The notes under the pieces were generated by a model. The model was not told where the DNA came from, made no database searches, and saw nothing but the letters and a program-made list of their open reading frames with translations. Both the position numbers and the translations under genes were made by a program. From Lama guanicoe (taxonomy: Eukaryota), in NCBI GenBank assembly GCA_013239625.1, contig MU054001.1:5629078-5693077 (forward strand): a stretch of 64,000 nt of DNA, written 5' to 3'. Positions 26,551-40,570 of this stretch are shown in pieces (positions within the stretch are counted from its first letter, which is position 1; every line of letters starts with the position of its first letter).

Positions 26551-29039
26551 CACTACACACACAAGTGCAAGCATCTACTTCATTAATTCTACTAGCATAG
26601 TCTGGCCAGGGCATTCACCTGTTTCCAAGCCTATTATTTTAAGTTACTTTATTATGAAGTACTTTTCTTTTATATATGTAATACATGTAGGTCAGTTATG
26701 TATACATTTCAGAACAGGAAAAAGGGCTTTACAAAATATTTTTACCAAGAAAGGGATGTTGACAGGTGTATCAAATTGTGGGAAGAGGCTACGAAAAGCA
26801 GCGTAGGTGTTGGGATTGTGGATTGGGAACTTCGGCTGACAGTAAACCACAGACTTCACATGACTCCCACTCTGCCTTCCCTGGCTGTTGAGCAGAGTTA
26901 GGAGCCCTCCTCCAGGACGGCCGGTGCTGGGGGCTGGGGAGGCTGAGTCAAATCCCACCACGCTGCCCTGGAGCCATTCTCAGTCTCAGGCTCCCAATCC
27001 AAGTGGGATTTACCAGTTGAGAAAATCCCTGGTTAAACAACTCTGCACACAACACTGGGCATCTCCTGATGATATTCTCAGCACTGACAGCTGCCAGTCA
27101 GATGGACTCATCAACTCAAACTGAGGTAAGGGGGTGGAGTGTCTCAGGCAGCATCTGAAGGGCATCCCTAGGGTTCTGGTTGCCAGGGAAACCGCAGCAG
27201 CTGGAGCTGTGAGCTCGCAGGCTGCCAGGCACCCCACTAGGGCTCACACTCTAGGACAGAAGGTCTCAAAAGTTGGTCCCTGCTCTGCAGCTTAAGGACA
27301 AATAAAAAATATGAAGCCAAAGTGTGTATATAAATGTAGAAGTTGTCGACTCTTTTCTTTGAAGCACTGGCCTTAAATCTGAGGCCTTGCTCTTCCTATT
27401 GTTTTTTGTATGAATATCATCTTGCTTTTATGAAATAACGATGATGGTAGAGGAGTTAGTGTATTTTCATAAACATGCTTTACATGTAAGATAGGGAGCA
27501 ACCCTCTTGGTTGGCCCCTCTGTTTGGTATCTCTCCTTCCTCCTCCTCTGTCCTCTCTTGTTTATTTTTTATCCTGTACTATGTTGAATTTTTTCCAACT
27601 TTATTAAAAAAATTGATATACATCACTGTATAAGTTTAAAGCGTACAGCATGATGGTTTGATTTACATATATTGATTAGCACAGTAGCTTCAGCTAGCAT
27701 CCATCTTCTCATAGAGATACAATAAAAACTTTATTTTTTTATAACTCAATTTAATTTTGTGCTGAGCCTCTGTTTTGCTGGGTGACAGAAGTTTCATCTC
27801 AGGCCACTTGGGGTATTTGCTTCTTTCCTCAGGGTCACCTCTAATCTCTGGTGGTCTTACCGAGGGCTTGTTACCAGGGTCCCGTGTCCCATCTGGCCTC
27901 AGGACTGTTGTGGGGGACACTTTCTCCTCAGTGCTGTGGATCTAGGGCCTCTCCCAGTGGTGGGGTGACTGGCATCATTTCGATAGTTCCCCAGTCTTGG
28001 AAGCTGCCTGTGGCTCCAGTCCTCTCTTTGAGTCTCGCTGCCTCCCAGAACTCTTCCCAGGGAGTGGTACTGGGTGCTCTGGTCCTTGACTGGGAGTTTG
28101 AGGTCCAACCTGAGGCTGAGATGGGAGTCAAGGCCCCTCTCAGGCCCATCAGTATCTCCTGCAGGGCCTCCCCTCTGCCTCCCTCCCCTCCCCCAACCTA
28201 GGGACTCTCATCTGCCCTGGGGGAGGGGAGCTGGTCTTACTCATCATGAACCTGCCTCCATCTTTAAACATTGGATTTATCCTTTCCATTTGTCTAAAGG
28301 CATAGGCTTTTGAAACTCAAAAGCCGGGAAAAGAATATTTTCTCCTCCACTTTCATCACACCCTTCCCCTGAGGTGTCCAGCAAGTCTGGGCTTCGCTGC
28401 CAGAATGGGGTGAAAGGAGCCACGGGTGGGTCTGGATTCTTCTCTGTTGGAGTCCTGGGAGACTCTTTGTACCGTCTGTGCCAGATATTTGTTTCTTCAT
28501 TGGTTTCATCTCTAATTATTAAAACAAAACAAAAAAAAAACAAAGCAAAACCTCTCCAGCTCTTTGCTGCAGCCCTTGCCTAAGGTAGTCTCTGGCGGGT
28601 TATCAGTGCTCTCTATAGGTGGCCTCTCCGAGACCGAGCTGCTCTGCCATGGGTGACAGGTGATGGCGCCACAGGTGGTGGGTGATGGGCCATGGGCTTG
28701 CATGTGGCAGATCTGTTGGGCCAGTTGGGAATTGGGAAACATGCAGGTCCATCACTGGTCCCTCTGGCTCTCTCCTTCCTGTGCTCAGAGACTTCTTTTC
28801 CTTGGCTGGTTTCTATACCCAGAGATGGGGAAAAGTTCTCTTGCTTGTGGTTATTGCTAAAAATGAAGCAATGCTTCAGGACTATTTTCTTAATATTAAA
28901 AAAAATTTCCTCCAACCACCAATAAACATCTTAACTTCTAATTAGCTGTCTCTAGCAAAGTGATAGTTTTTTCTGTCTTCTTTTCTTTCAACCCAATTTC
29001 CAGAAACAGGAGCTGCCTTTCTTGGAGATTTAAGCATTT

Positions 29040-29260
29040 GTCCTCAAGAGATTGGGCTCTATTCTTGCCACTTAACACCCACAAACTTTAGAGAGGTATT
29101 TTGCCTACAGGGAGCCTCAGTTCCCTCACCTGTAAAGTGAGGATGCTAATAGTACCTATCTCAAAGAACTGTTGCGAGGGTTAGATGAGTGAATACGTGT
29201 AAAATGCTCTAGACCCACGTCTGTCACACAGTCAGCTCTCAGTAAGTGTTGGCTTGGATT
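29040..29260 (+). mobile_element. MIR SINE
   Basis: gagcctcagttccctcacctgtaaagtgaggatgctaatagtacctatctca. Confidence 0.75.
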
Positions 29261-30494
29261 ATGATCTGACCAAATTACCTCCTCGTGGCCCTTGGGAATT
29301 TACGGGGAAAATGGCATCAGGAATTCAAGGTTTCCTTCTAAAGGAAGACTACTAAGCACAGGGAGGAAGTGAGAAAGGGAAATGCTGGAGATTTCAGGCC
29401 ACATGATATCATTTCAACTATAAACAGCAGCAGAGCCAGCAATTCCTCCATCATCCTGCAAAACAAGGAGCTCCTTCCTTTGTGTCACTTGAAGGACAAA
29501 TAGAGCCCCAGCCCCTCTCCCAACACAGACATAGAGAAGTAACTGGAGAACCATGCGCACCAACCGAGAGAGACCTAGGAGCTCCCTGGGGGGCCCGGCC
29601 TCGCCGTTCTGCTCCATCTGTGGCTGCCGCTGCCCCCTAGCCTCCCTCCGCAGCTCAGAGACTGGGAGCCCCACCACCAGCTCCCAGGTGAAGTCCCTCC
29701 TCAGCAGGGTCCTGGATAATCCTCAGTGTGGACTTCCATGACGGGCTACTTGGACAAGGGAGAAGCAGAGAAACATCATTGTCCATGGATTTCAGAAGCA
29801 TCCCTTAGGATTCCAGAGCTGGATGCATTCTCTGGAGCCCACTGGCTCCAGCCTCTGGCTTATTCAGACAGCCCAGCTCTTAGCCACCCATGACTAATCA
29901 CCATCAGCACCGTCATTGTTAGCAGCAACACCATCATCATCACAATGTTTCTTTTGAGTACTTATTACAATCTGACACTTTTCTTAATGCCATTGCCTCC
30001 TCATACTGGCACACCAAGGTCCCTGAGATTTCCCCCAAAATCCTGCCCAGAAGACCCCCTCCTCCAGGAAGCCTCTGTTGCTCTATGAAGCTGGCAGAGA
30101 AGGTCAGGCTGCAAATATCTATTGAACACCTACTGTGTATCTGAAAAAGACACACTGAGTGGATGCCATTAAACAACTAACTGCAAGTGTGAGAAGGGTA
30201 AGCAAAGGGGAAGTACAAGTATTCTCACCATGGAGAGTCAGCCTCCTCCAGGGTCCTCTGGACCAGAGCCCAGGACGGTTGCTGAACATCTCACCAGTCA
30301 ATTGCTCCATCTTCTTGGCCGCTGTCCTGTACCACCATGTGCGGCCCCCATTCCCTCTGATAGATGGATGGTTGAGTGATTTCATGATGACCGAGTTGGG
30401 AAGAGATTCTGGGGTGTGTCCAGGCTGTAAGCTCATTGAGGACAGGAAATACCTCATCCCTGCACCTTGGTGCCAGCGTGGACACTGAGGAACA

Positions 30495-31650
30495 AATGTA
30501 GCTCAGCAAAGGAAACGATCGACAAAGTGAAAAGGCAGCCTACTGACTGGGAGAAAGTATCTGCAAACGATAAGGGATTAATACCCAAAATATATAAGGA
30601 ACCCATACAACTCAATAGCAAAAACACATACAATTCAATTTTAAAATGGGCAGAAGATCTGAATAGACATTTTTGCAAAGAAGATGTACAGACGGGCAAC
30701 AGGCACACAAATAGATGCTCAACATCACTAATGATCAGAGAAATGCAAATCAAAACCACAATGAGCTATCACCTCGCACCTGTTAGAATGACTGTTATCA
30801 AAAAGAACAGAGATAAGTGCTGATGAGGGTGTGGAGAAAAGAAAACCCTCATGCTCTGTTGGTGGGAATGTAAATTGGTGCAATCACTATGGAAAACAAT
30901 ACGGAGGGTCCTCAAAAACTTAAAAATAGAACTACCATTTGATCCAGCAACTCCACTTCTGGGTATTTATCTAAAGAAAATGAAAACACTAACTCAAAAG
31001 GGTATCTGCACCCCCATGTTCATAGCAGCATTATTCACAAAAGCCAAGATATGGAAACAGCCTAAGTGTCCATCATGGAAAAATAGATTTTTAAAATGTG
31101 ACATGTATATATATATAAGAGAAGGAAATCTTGCCATATGTAACAACATGAATGGACCTTGAGTGGACCATTCATGTTGTTAGCATAATGGGCCTTACCA
31201 TTATGCTAAGTGAAGTAAGTCAGAGGAAGACAAATACCATATGATCTCACTTATATGTGGAATCTAAAAAAATAAACAACAAAGAAGCTCATAGAGACAG
31301 AGAAGTGATTGGTGTTTGCCAGAGGACTGACGTGAGGACAGGGAGAAGAGGTGGGTAAAGGGGGTCAAAAGGTACAAAATTCCAGTTATAAAATAAATAA
31401 GTCATGGGGCTGCAATGTACAGCATGGTGAGTATAGTTAAGGGTACTTTATCGTATATTTGAAATTTGCTGAGAGTAGCTCTTAAAAGTCCTCATCGCAA
31501 GAAAAAGAATTTGTAACTATGTAGGGTGACAGATGTTAACTACACTTAACTGTGGTGACCATTTTGCAATACATACAGATATCAAACCACTATATGGTAC
31601 ACTTGAGACTAATATAATGTTATGTCAATTATACCTCAATTTTTTAAAAG
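30495..31650 (+). mobile_element. L1 (L1MA8/9-like) ORF2 C-terminus and 3' UTR
   Basis: [17 protein letters not shown]...[18 protein letters not shown] and [15 protein letters not shown]...CTPMFIAALFTKAKIWKQPKCPS. Confidence 0.9.
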
Positions 31651-33109
31651 ACCATGAAATGATTTTTCAAACAGGAATAAATATGGAGTGAATTAACGCA
31701 GGAAGAAGGAAACCTTCATTATTGCATCTTATAAGGCAACATTGAAGGGGATTTGAGCTAGTTTCCATTCTTCCCTGTCCAATACCTGCCTCAGGGCGTG
31801 GCCCATAGTAAGCAATACTATTTGTGGAATGAATAAATGGGTGCATAACTGAAAAAGTATAACCCTGGTATCTATCAGAGTTACAGTATAGTGTACAGTA
31901 TGCACGCTATAAATGTTTGACAAATAAACATAAATAAAATTATTAACAGTGTGCATACTCCTTAGAAAACTACCCAAATTATTTCCCCCACTATCCTCTA
32001 TTAGTAAGTACTGGTAACACATAATTGTTTACTCCCTTTCCTGGAATTTTTAGCAAATTAAAAAACACCCACTGGGAGAAAGATGGGCTGTGTCTACCTA
32101 AAAATCTCTCCTTGTGAGCATCCAAATAGACGGTGGAGTCTGCCTGTTGCCTCCCACTTGGGGAGGGGCTGCCACAGAGTCAGGGGGTGGGGGCCAGGGC
32201 AGAGAAGGGGACTCACTGGGCCAGCCGGCCTGCTCAGGAAAGTACAGCTATCTCAGCCACCGTCTCTCCCAAGATCCACATTCAGTGTCTGATTTCCGTA
32301 TGATTTTGCGCCGTGCAAGGCAAATATTAGTACAAGTACTTCTCTGCAAAAAGAAGCCATTTGATCCAATGAAATGTGGTTCATGGTGATGGATGATGTT
32401 TGGACAAGCTGACTTTGCACAAAGACAACATTTATGGGACGTTCAGAGCAGCCTCCTCTTCTTGAATGAAGCCATCCCACCTCTGCTCAGCTCCATCAAA
32501 GGAAGTCAGAGACAGAAATCAGAGACAGAGAAGCGCCCATCTTTACAAAACTTGGAAGTTGAACGACCGATGTTGAGAGCAGAGACTCCTGGCTGAGTGA
32601 CCCTGGGGGCTTTTCCATCGTCCATCCGATTCTCCAAGGTGGGTCACTCAGAGTCCACGTCTGTCGTCTCCTCACAAGGGCTGAGCAGGGGAAGATCTTT
32701 CTTTACCACCTTCTCAGTAACCACTTCCTCCCTCCTGCTTCCTCTCCTGCTAGGGATGTTCGCTTAAAACAAACCAACAACTGAAAGATCAAGAAAGGTG
32801 TGACCATGTGAATATGTGAAGGGGTGGGGGCTTGCTTTCTACTCCGCCTGTTCATGGGGGAAGGAGAGGGAGGGGTCCCACGGTCTGCCCACCACTCTCC
32901 CTGAGCTGTTCGCAACCATCACATCTGAGGTCTGGGAGCACGAAGGAGCCGCCCAGGGAGTACAAAGGAGCCGCCCAGGGAGTGACCCAGTGAAGACCTG
33001 AAATACTCTCCCTGAAACACCACCACCCTCATCCACTTCAGCTCTTTCCTCTGTGATTCTCACAGATTCTCCTGGGCCCACAGGCAACTGCACTAATTTT
33101 TAAATTGGC

Positions 33110-34190
33110 TCTATTAAGGCATAATTTCCATTAAAATTCACCTGTTTTAAGTGTATAGCTTGAAGTTTGATAAATGCAAACAGTATGAAACTACCACTAT
33201 AATCATGATACCTAGAATGTTTTCATCACCTGAAAAGTTCCCTCATGCCCCTTGGCAGTCTCTCCCTCCTGATGGGCGGCCACCACTGATCTGCTGTTGA
33301 CCCCTATTGTTTTGCCTTTTTGAAGTTTCATACAGAAGGACTCATACAGTATCAGGGTTTGGGGGTGGTTTCTGAACCTTTTGAGGTTCATCGAAGTTGT
33401 GACATATATTAATAGTTCATTCTTACCGTACACTTAAAAATGGTTAAGATGATAAATTTTATGTGTACTTTACCACAATAAAAAATAAAAATAAATCTCT
33501 GCTGTCTCAGAAATGTAAACATAGTTATCTGACAGAGCCTCTTAGAAGTTATGTAGCATACAATTAATGTTTACTCTCTTGAGTTAATGTTTTACATCAT
33601 GATGACTAGCACATCATGCTGATTTCTAAAAACTTGTAGCCACTCTATCATCCCAGGTATAGAACAGCCTTGAAATGAGAAAGTACAGTGATGGTGAAGA
33701 GATGGGTGCTTGCTGGGGTTACGGTTGGGGGAGAGTCTCTTAGAGGTGATGGAGGAGTTCTGTACCCTGATTGTGGGGTGGTTACGTGAAAATATACATG
33801 TGATGAAATGTCAGTATCCTCCCCCATAAAAAATCAGCATGTGTCAAAACGTAAAATCCAAATTAGGTCTGTAGTTAATAGCATTGTATCGATGTCAATT
33901 TCCCAGTTTTGATCTTTGTGCTGGGGTTATGTCAACATTGTCTTTGGGGGAAACAGTGTCAGGGACAAGGAAACTTTGTACTATTTCTGCAACTTGCATG
34001 TGAGTCTCAAATCATTTCAAAATAGAAAGACAAAAAAAAGTATCCCTTCAAAAATTAGTTCATTCTTTTTTATTGCTATGAATGGATTCCCCTTAATTTG
34101 CTTATCCCTTCACCAGCTGAAGCACACTGGACTGTTTCTAGTTTTGGGGTCCTACGAATGAAGCTGCTGTGAACATTTGGGTACAAGCTG
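33110..34190. mobile_element. Cluster of old L1M 3' fragments in both orientations
   Basis: agaatgttttcatcacctgaaaagttccctc; cacttaaaaatggttaagatg; gttaatagcattgtatcgatgtcaatttcc. Confidence 0.65.
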
Positions 34191-35054
34191 TACTATTTTT
34201 TATTTAATATTTTTCTTTACATTTTTAAAATTAAAATGACTGTAAAGTGAAACTTACATCACTACCATAAATGTAAAACCTTTTTCATGGACCGTAAGTC
34301 AACCAAAGATATGAAAAAAAGGTAATAAAAAAAAGTTACTAAATTCTAGCTAGAGCTGGCTGCCTGCTGTCTTGGATTCCTTTTGATTTGTGTGCAAGTG
34401 CTTTGGGAGGGCTCTTGGTGAAGGAGGAAGGAGGCAGAAGGAGGCTACCCAAGGGTGTGGGTTCAGCCGAAGTCTGGCCTCAGCCCTCTCCCGGAAGCTC
34501 TGGAACATGAGTGGCACCACAGCTCTGACCCACCCTGATGACTGATACTGGGCCCTGCCTCCTGCATCCATCAGTTATGGACTACAGATGGCCCCTGGGT
34601 GATGGTATCGCATCTCACCTGTTTCCAGGTGAGGCAACTCAGAAGAGAAGGGTGTAAACTGTTAGCAGCCAACACTCAGAAAAGCTGGGAAGTGAATGTT
34701 ATCTGGGTCAAGGGGATCTGGGCCAGCCAACGTAATCTATTACACCACCAACTGGAAAAGGAGAGATAAGCACGGGTCAGAGAGACGTTAAAGATCTGTT
34801 CACACCACCTTAGTGCTAGCGGACGATGGGAAAGAGAATTGAAGGAGATCAGCTTTCTCACTCACGGATACACTGTTCCTCAATGCCCCACCGGGTCTGT
34901 GTGCTGCCTCCCTCAGCTCCAGTACCTCTCCCACGCTCTGGGACACACTACTGAAAGGCTTTGAACGGGGTCTAGGCCCTGGCTGCCTGTTTAGTTCCCC
35001 TGCTCCCTCAGTGCTTTCCTGCAACCTAGCGGTTTCATCCGGCAACCTTGGCTT

Positions 35055-35560
35055 GTTGGAGACCCTGCCCGTTATTTGCCCCCAGGTCCATTCCCTGCCT
35101 GTCCACTGTTCTATATTACAGGAAGCTACACTTGCCAGGCTCCCTCACCAGGTGGCTTCCAAATAGCTTTGCCCAGTGGGAGAAACTGGCAAGAGACTGG
35201 AGTACAGGAGGAGGAGAGAAGACAGGCATTTCTCCCCTCTTGCTCAGCCTCCGGTGGATGTGTCTAAGACAGTGGATGTGTCTCCTCGATGGCTCCAGCT
35301 CTCACAGGACAGCCCCCATGGGTCCAGCTCCTGCAGGACATCCCTCGTCTCCACGTGGCCAGCTCCCACAGGAGCCCTGGCCTGGTCTAGCTTCTGCCAG
35401 ACCGCCCTGGCTCTGGCTGGGCTCTCACGCCTCAGCCCTGGGGCCAGAGGTTTCTGCTCTTGCTAAGCTATGTTCACTTCCATTTTCTATACAACCAGTT
35501 CCTGGTATTAAATTCCCTCTGTTGAAAGCTCTACAGTCGTTTCTGAACTCTAACCGATAC
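35055..35560 (+). mobile_element. LTR33-like ERVL LTR
   Basis: Starts tgttgg; attaaattccctctgttgaaa near the 3' end; ends accgataca. Confidence 0.55.
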
Positions 35561-36073
35561 AGAGAAGCACTGTGACAGTTGTGAGCGGACCAAGTGTTTA
35601 CAAAGTTGCCAGTCAGAAGCTCTGCACAAATCAATCAGATGCAAAGGTCTCTGGGCTGCATAAGTCACCCCAGGCCAAGGCCCCAGCTTTATCCACTTGA
35701 AAACCCAGACAGAACATGGAAGGAGGAGGAGGAGGAGTAATCCAGAGTTCCCGTGCCTCTAGAAATCCACTGTGTGTTAACAGTCCCGTCCTCGACCTCA
35801 CTCCTCCCCCTGCATCTTCCTCTCGGGGCACTGCTAGCCCTTCCTGGCTTGCTGGTAAGCAGGACTAACTCCTTCCTGCTGGCTCTTCAAAAGCAGTGTT
35901 TCTCATCTGTCCGGTGGGGCCTCTTATTAACAACGGATGTAAGGAAAGAGAGATCACACGGTGGGACTTAATTTAGAGCCACTTAAACAGGTGGTTTTAT
36001 GACACCTACTTCCATCTGTTAGATCTGAACGGTGCCACTGAGAATTTAAAGGCCTGCAAACAGCTCCTACTTT

Positions 36074-36242
36074 GTTCTTCTTTTTTTTTTTTTTTGGCTT
36101 GTTTTGTTTTGTTTTTTTGTAGGGGGAGGTAATTAGGCTCATTTATTTATGTATGTTTTTAAATGGAGGCACTGGAGATTGAACCTAGGACCTCGTGCAT
36201 GCTAAACACGCACTCTACCACTGAGCCATACCCACCCCCTAC
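36074..36242 (-). mobile_element. Vic-1-type SINE
   Basis: Perfect 14-bp TSD ACAGCTCCTACTTT (36060-36073, 36243-36256). Confidence 0.9.
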
Positions 36243-39200
36243 ACAGCTCCTACTTTCAACTGCAAGGGGAAATTACCCTCCAGGTGGGACAGTCAAGGAA
36301 GGAGGCCATCTGTCCATGGAGGGCACGGTCCAGGCCCTATTCCAACGCTTTGCCTAGGACTCTGCTGTCAATTTCTCCTTGGAAGTGGCCATGATTAGAG
36401 AGAAGGCCAGAAAGGAGGTCCAGGGAGGCGAGCCAAGGAGTAGAGTGGCTGGCAGTGAAGCAGCCACAAGGGCTGGGGACACTTCTCCCCTGGGGCATCT
36501 TAAGATTTCACCAGGCTCCCTGGCTGGAAGACATTCCAAGCCAGGTGCCCACGAGGGCCTCCAGAAAGCAGGATCTGCTCCAAACCCTCAGAACCTTCTC
36601 ATTGTGACATATTACATCTTTAAAAAGAAAAAATAATAACACTAGAGGTTTGTCACTGTTTATGGATTATCCGCCAAGTCTGGGCAAAGACAACAACCAC
36701 AGATTCAGAATACTGGCAGTGACCCTCTCTTCCTGGGGCCTGGTTTGCCAAAGAGCCTGGCTGATCAGATGATGGCAGAGGCGCTGCTGACCGGGAAGCT
36801 GCAGTATTGCTGCAAGCAGGGCTTACCAAATGGCGAAATGCAGAGAACAGGTCCCGAAGCAGGTTTTGGCAGCATAGAAACAAGTGACTGACTAAAGCTG
36901 GGTCTTCTTCCTCTTTTTATGTTTGGGAACATTCACAGACTGCTTAGTGTGTCTGACACCAGGCTGGGCCCGTCTCATGCCTGAGCTCATCTGATCTTCA
37001 CGGCAGCCCCTGGGGTCAGCGGCTCCTCACTCATGAGGAAAAGTAAGTTAGCAAGGGAAGGAGGGAGGTGAAGTAACATGCCCAGGTCACACAGCTGCCT
37101 GTGGCTTGTGTTACAAGAGCAATGTTTAGACTCTGAAATTTAGGAGGCAAAATAAACACCTGGTGAGGCAAAGGTCAGCTTGAGGGTGAGGCAGAGGGGA
37201 GAGTTCCAGCCTGGGGATGGTGGAGTCGTGCTAACATGAAAGTTGGACCAAAAAAAAAGAAAGAAAGAAAGTTGGACCAAAATAGCCAAATGAGAAATGG
37301 AGAAAGGAGGGAACCAACTTGGTGTGGGTCTATGAAACAGATGATCAGTGTGTTTGGAAGTAAAAGCAGTGTCCCCCTTTCATCTGGACTCTTTGCCCTG
37401 AAAGCTTTGCCTGGAGTTTGTCTTGACTTCCACATTGTCCCGGGAAGGCTTATGTCTTGTTTACTGCCGACGTGATGGGCCGCCCACTGTGCACTGGGGC
37501 TTACTGAGTGCTGTGGAGGACACAGATATCAACAAGACAGGATCCCTGCCCTGGAGAAGCCCACAGGGTAAAGGGAAGAGGGACACGTATCCAGATAGAA
37601 ATGACCAAGAAATGCCTGATGAGAGGAGTGAGCAAATGGTGTGTGAGACACAGAAAGGAGGGCAATCAGGGAGGACTTCTCAGAGGAAGCAGTCTTTGCA
37701 GTAGACCCAGAAGATGGCCTCGGCTTGCAATTCTTGGATTGAGGGGAAAGGCTAGCTCAGGCTGAGGACAAAGCCTGAAGACTAAGGAGCAGAGGAGGAA
37801 AGGGCAGAGAATGGCCAGAACGGGTGAGAAGCCAGAGGCAGCTGGAGCATGAGCTGTTGGGGCTGGTGTAGGAATGATGAGCCTGGGAAGGTCACATGGG
37901 CCGAGGGATGGAAGGCCTTGACTGCTTACTAGGACACACTCAGCGCTTTACACGGTCATCCCTGACCCTCAGAACACTCCAAGGCTCCAGGGCAGGGGTC
38001 AGCCTCCCTGTTTCCAGATGGGGAAACCAGGGGTTGTAGCAATTCTTACTCCACACTTCCTTCCTTCTCCACCATTAGCAAGAGGTCTTCCTTGGAGGCC
38101 CCTCTGTTCCCTTGAGGACAACCTATTCCATCCACAAGGTGCTGGTGGCAACACATCAAGTTGCCATTTCTCCAAGGGAAATGCTGCTCCCGGAAGCGTG
38201 GTGAAGTGTGCGGAGCACTGGATGGGGAGACGCAACACCTGGGCTCCACTCTGCACCCCGCCACCAACCCGTGGACCTTGTACAAGCCACTTCCTCTCTC
38301 TGGGTCTTGGCTTCCTCATCTCTAAGGTGAGGGATTGAACTAAAGGTCTAACAACTCCTTGACTCTGTCAGTGGTGAAATGGGGCCCAGGTACAAATTCA
38401 GGTCCCCAACATCCAACAAGGGAGAAAAAGAAGTGAAATGAAAGGGGCAGTGTTGAGAGGGCACCTGGGGACAGTCTACTCTGGAAACAGCCAGCCTCAA
38501 AGTCAGCTTGAGGGGGAGAGCAGGGCCTCACAGAAGACCTGAAGCATGAGCGGTCCTGGGAAGGAAGGATGGTCACTGAGGCCAGTGGGATGGGGCAGGA
38601 TGGGCTTTCCAGGCAGGAAGAGTTGTGTGGACAAACACAGAGAGGGAGGCGACAACGTGGGGCATCAGGCAAGTGCGAAGGTGGAGACTGAGCCCTGGAA
38701 GAGGGAGAAGTTCTGTCCCTGTGGATGGGGCTGCCTGCCGGAACTACTGGTGGCCGCCCACCGAGGGCAGCGTACATACCTGCCGGCACTGCTTAAAGAT
38801 CCACGAACAGGCGTGGTCTCTCCCTGTGGTCCTCACCTCCGGTGAGTGATGAGGCAGAGGTGACTCACAACAGACTGCTTCCTACTTGGGAGCTGCGGTA
38901 GAAAACAGAGCAGGTATCCTCTCAGAGGGCATCACAGGGCACTCGCCGGGTGCAACGTTACAGAAACAGGACACCTGTTTGCCTGAGCTGGAGCCTGAGT
39001 GCACATAGCATTAAAGCCATTATCTGAGCCAAACAGAACAAAAGATGAGGCAGCGTTGGATTCAGGGCTAAGGGCTATCTCAGGGACCTCTCCTCCAGGC
39101 CAGGCATGTAGAAGCATTCAGTTAATAGTTTAAACTTTTTTATATATGTCCCAGCCCCCCACCCCCAATAAGACAGACAGCTTTATGAGAGTAAAGACAA

Positions 39201-39869
39201 TATCTTTGCCATCTTTATAGTCACTTCAACCTTTGGCCCCCTGCTTTGAAGAAACCCAGAATGGATTCCACCTCCAGCGGAGCTTCTTCCTGCTGTGTGA
39301 CTTTGACAAGTCACTCACCCTCTCTGATTCTGAAGACTAGGAATAATTACACCCAGGCCAGATAGAATGATGGAGGGAGCATTATTATTAGAAGGATTAT
39401 TGAAGCTATGGCTGCAAATAGACCCCACTCCATGGGCCATCCACTGGCGGCAGCTGTTGTGACTCCCATTGCGATCTTGAATGCGTGAGAAAGTCAGATG
39501 CTTGCCCTCTCTGACCCCCAGAATCCTTCACCTATAAACCAGGTTGCTCAACTAGTTCTCCTTGCTTCTTCACGGAACATCTAAGTGACCAGTGCTTCCT
39601 GTAAGAGGGGACTCCCTGCTCCTGGCTTCCCAAAATATCCCTTCCTTTGGGACCCACAGAAGCAATAGAAACCTGGTGGCCCTCAGTTCTGAGACCCTAA
39701 GACTTAGAGCAGAAGTTCATGGGTCCTTCCAGGGATCGGCCTCAGGAGTGACCCAGGAGCCTCCCAAATTTGATTTAAAACATGCTGTGAGAGGATATTT
39801 TCAAGGAAGAAGGTCCATATTAATTGCTGATTCTTCAGATGACTATCCTTAAGGGTCCTTGAGGGTTTG

Positions 39870-39980
39870 AAGGGGGAGATAATTAGGTTTATTTATTTAT
39901 TTCATGGAAGCACTGGGAATTGAACCCAGGACCTCGTGCATGCTAGGCATGCACTCTGCTGCTGACCTATACCCTCCCCT
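39870..39980 (-). mobile_element. Vic-1-type SINE, essentially tail-less
   Basis: Perfect 16-bp TSD GGTCCTTGAGGGTTTG (39854-39869, 39981-39996). Confidence 0.9.
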
Positions 39981-40207
39981 GGTCCTTGAGGGTTTGGATT
40001 GTGTCTCCAATGCCCAGCACAGGGAAGATGTTTTTACAGTGAAATTAATGGACATTTGTGAATTGATCTTGTTCCCCAGAGGTGTGTTTTTTGCCAGGTA
40101 TGAAAGAGATCTGAATTTAAGGTGACTATGTTCAATTGCATGGCAACCCTCAATAATTTGAGATTACAACATCTTATTGTTTTAATTTTAATTTTTAATT
40201 TAAAAGC

Positions 40208-40334
40208 TTTTTCAGGGGGCTGGTAATTAGGTTTGCTTGTTATTTGTTTATTTCTTAATGCAGGTACCAGGGATTGAGCTCAGGACTTTATGCATGCTAA
40301 GCACGCATTCCACCACAGAGCTATACCCTCCCCT
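40208..40334 (-). mobile_element. Vic-1-type SINE
   Basis: gtaattaggttt...gcatgctaagcacgcattccaccacagagctataccctcccc. Confidence 0.85.
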
Positions 40335-40570
40335 CTTGTTTGTCAAGTTTTATGCAAGTTCCCATAGTTCATATTCCCCACACCCAGAGCTCCTACAAAT
40401 GCTGGTGGGTATAAACTGCTTTTTAAAACATAAAATATATTAGTGTTAATTTTGCTTGGTGCATCTTTGAAATTCTCCCAGCACCCTTTAAAAAATTGTT
40501 GATGCTTCCCCCTAAGGTATTGAAAAACCAAGATGTGGAAATTCCACCCCCAATCCAGGAAATAAAGAAG

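Noticed and set aside
29414..29741. GC-rich overlapping ORFs
   Set aside because: No recognisable homology and no consistent exon boundaries found
30467..31162. ORFs with clear protein homology (also 25706-25939, 40954-41184, 41408-41857)
   Set aside because: Fragments of L1 ORF1/ORF2, not host genes; no full-length L1 in the window
35048..35575. 175-aa ORF
   Set aside because: Non-ATG start and coincident with an LTR33-like element
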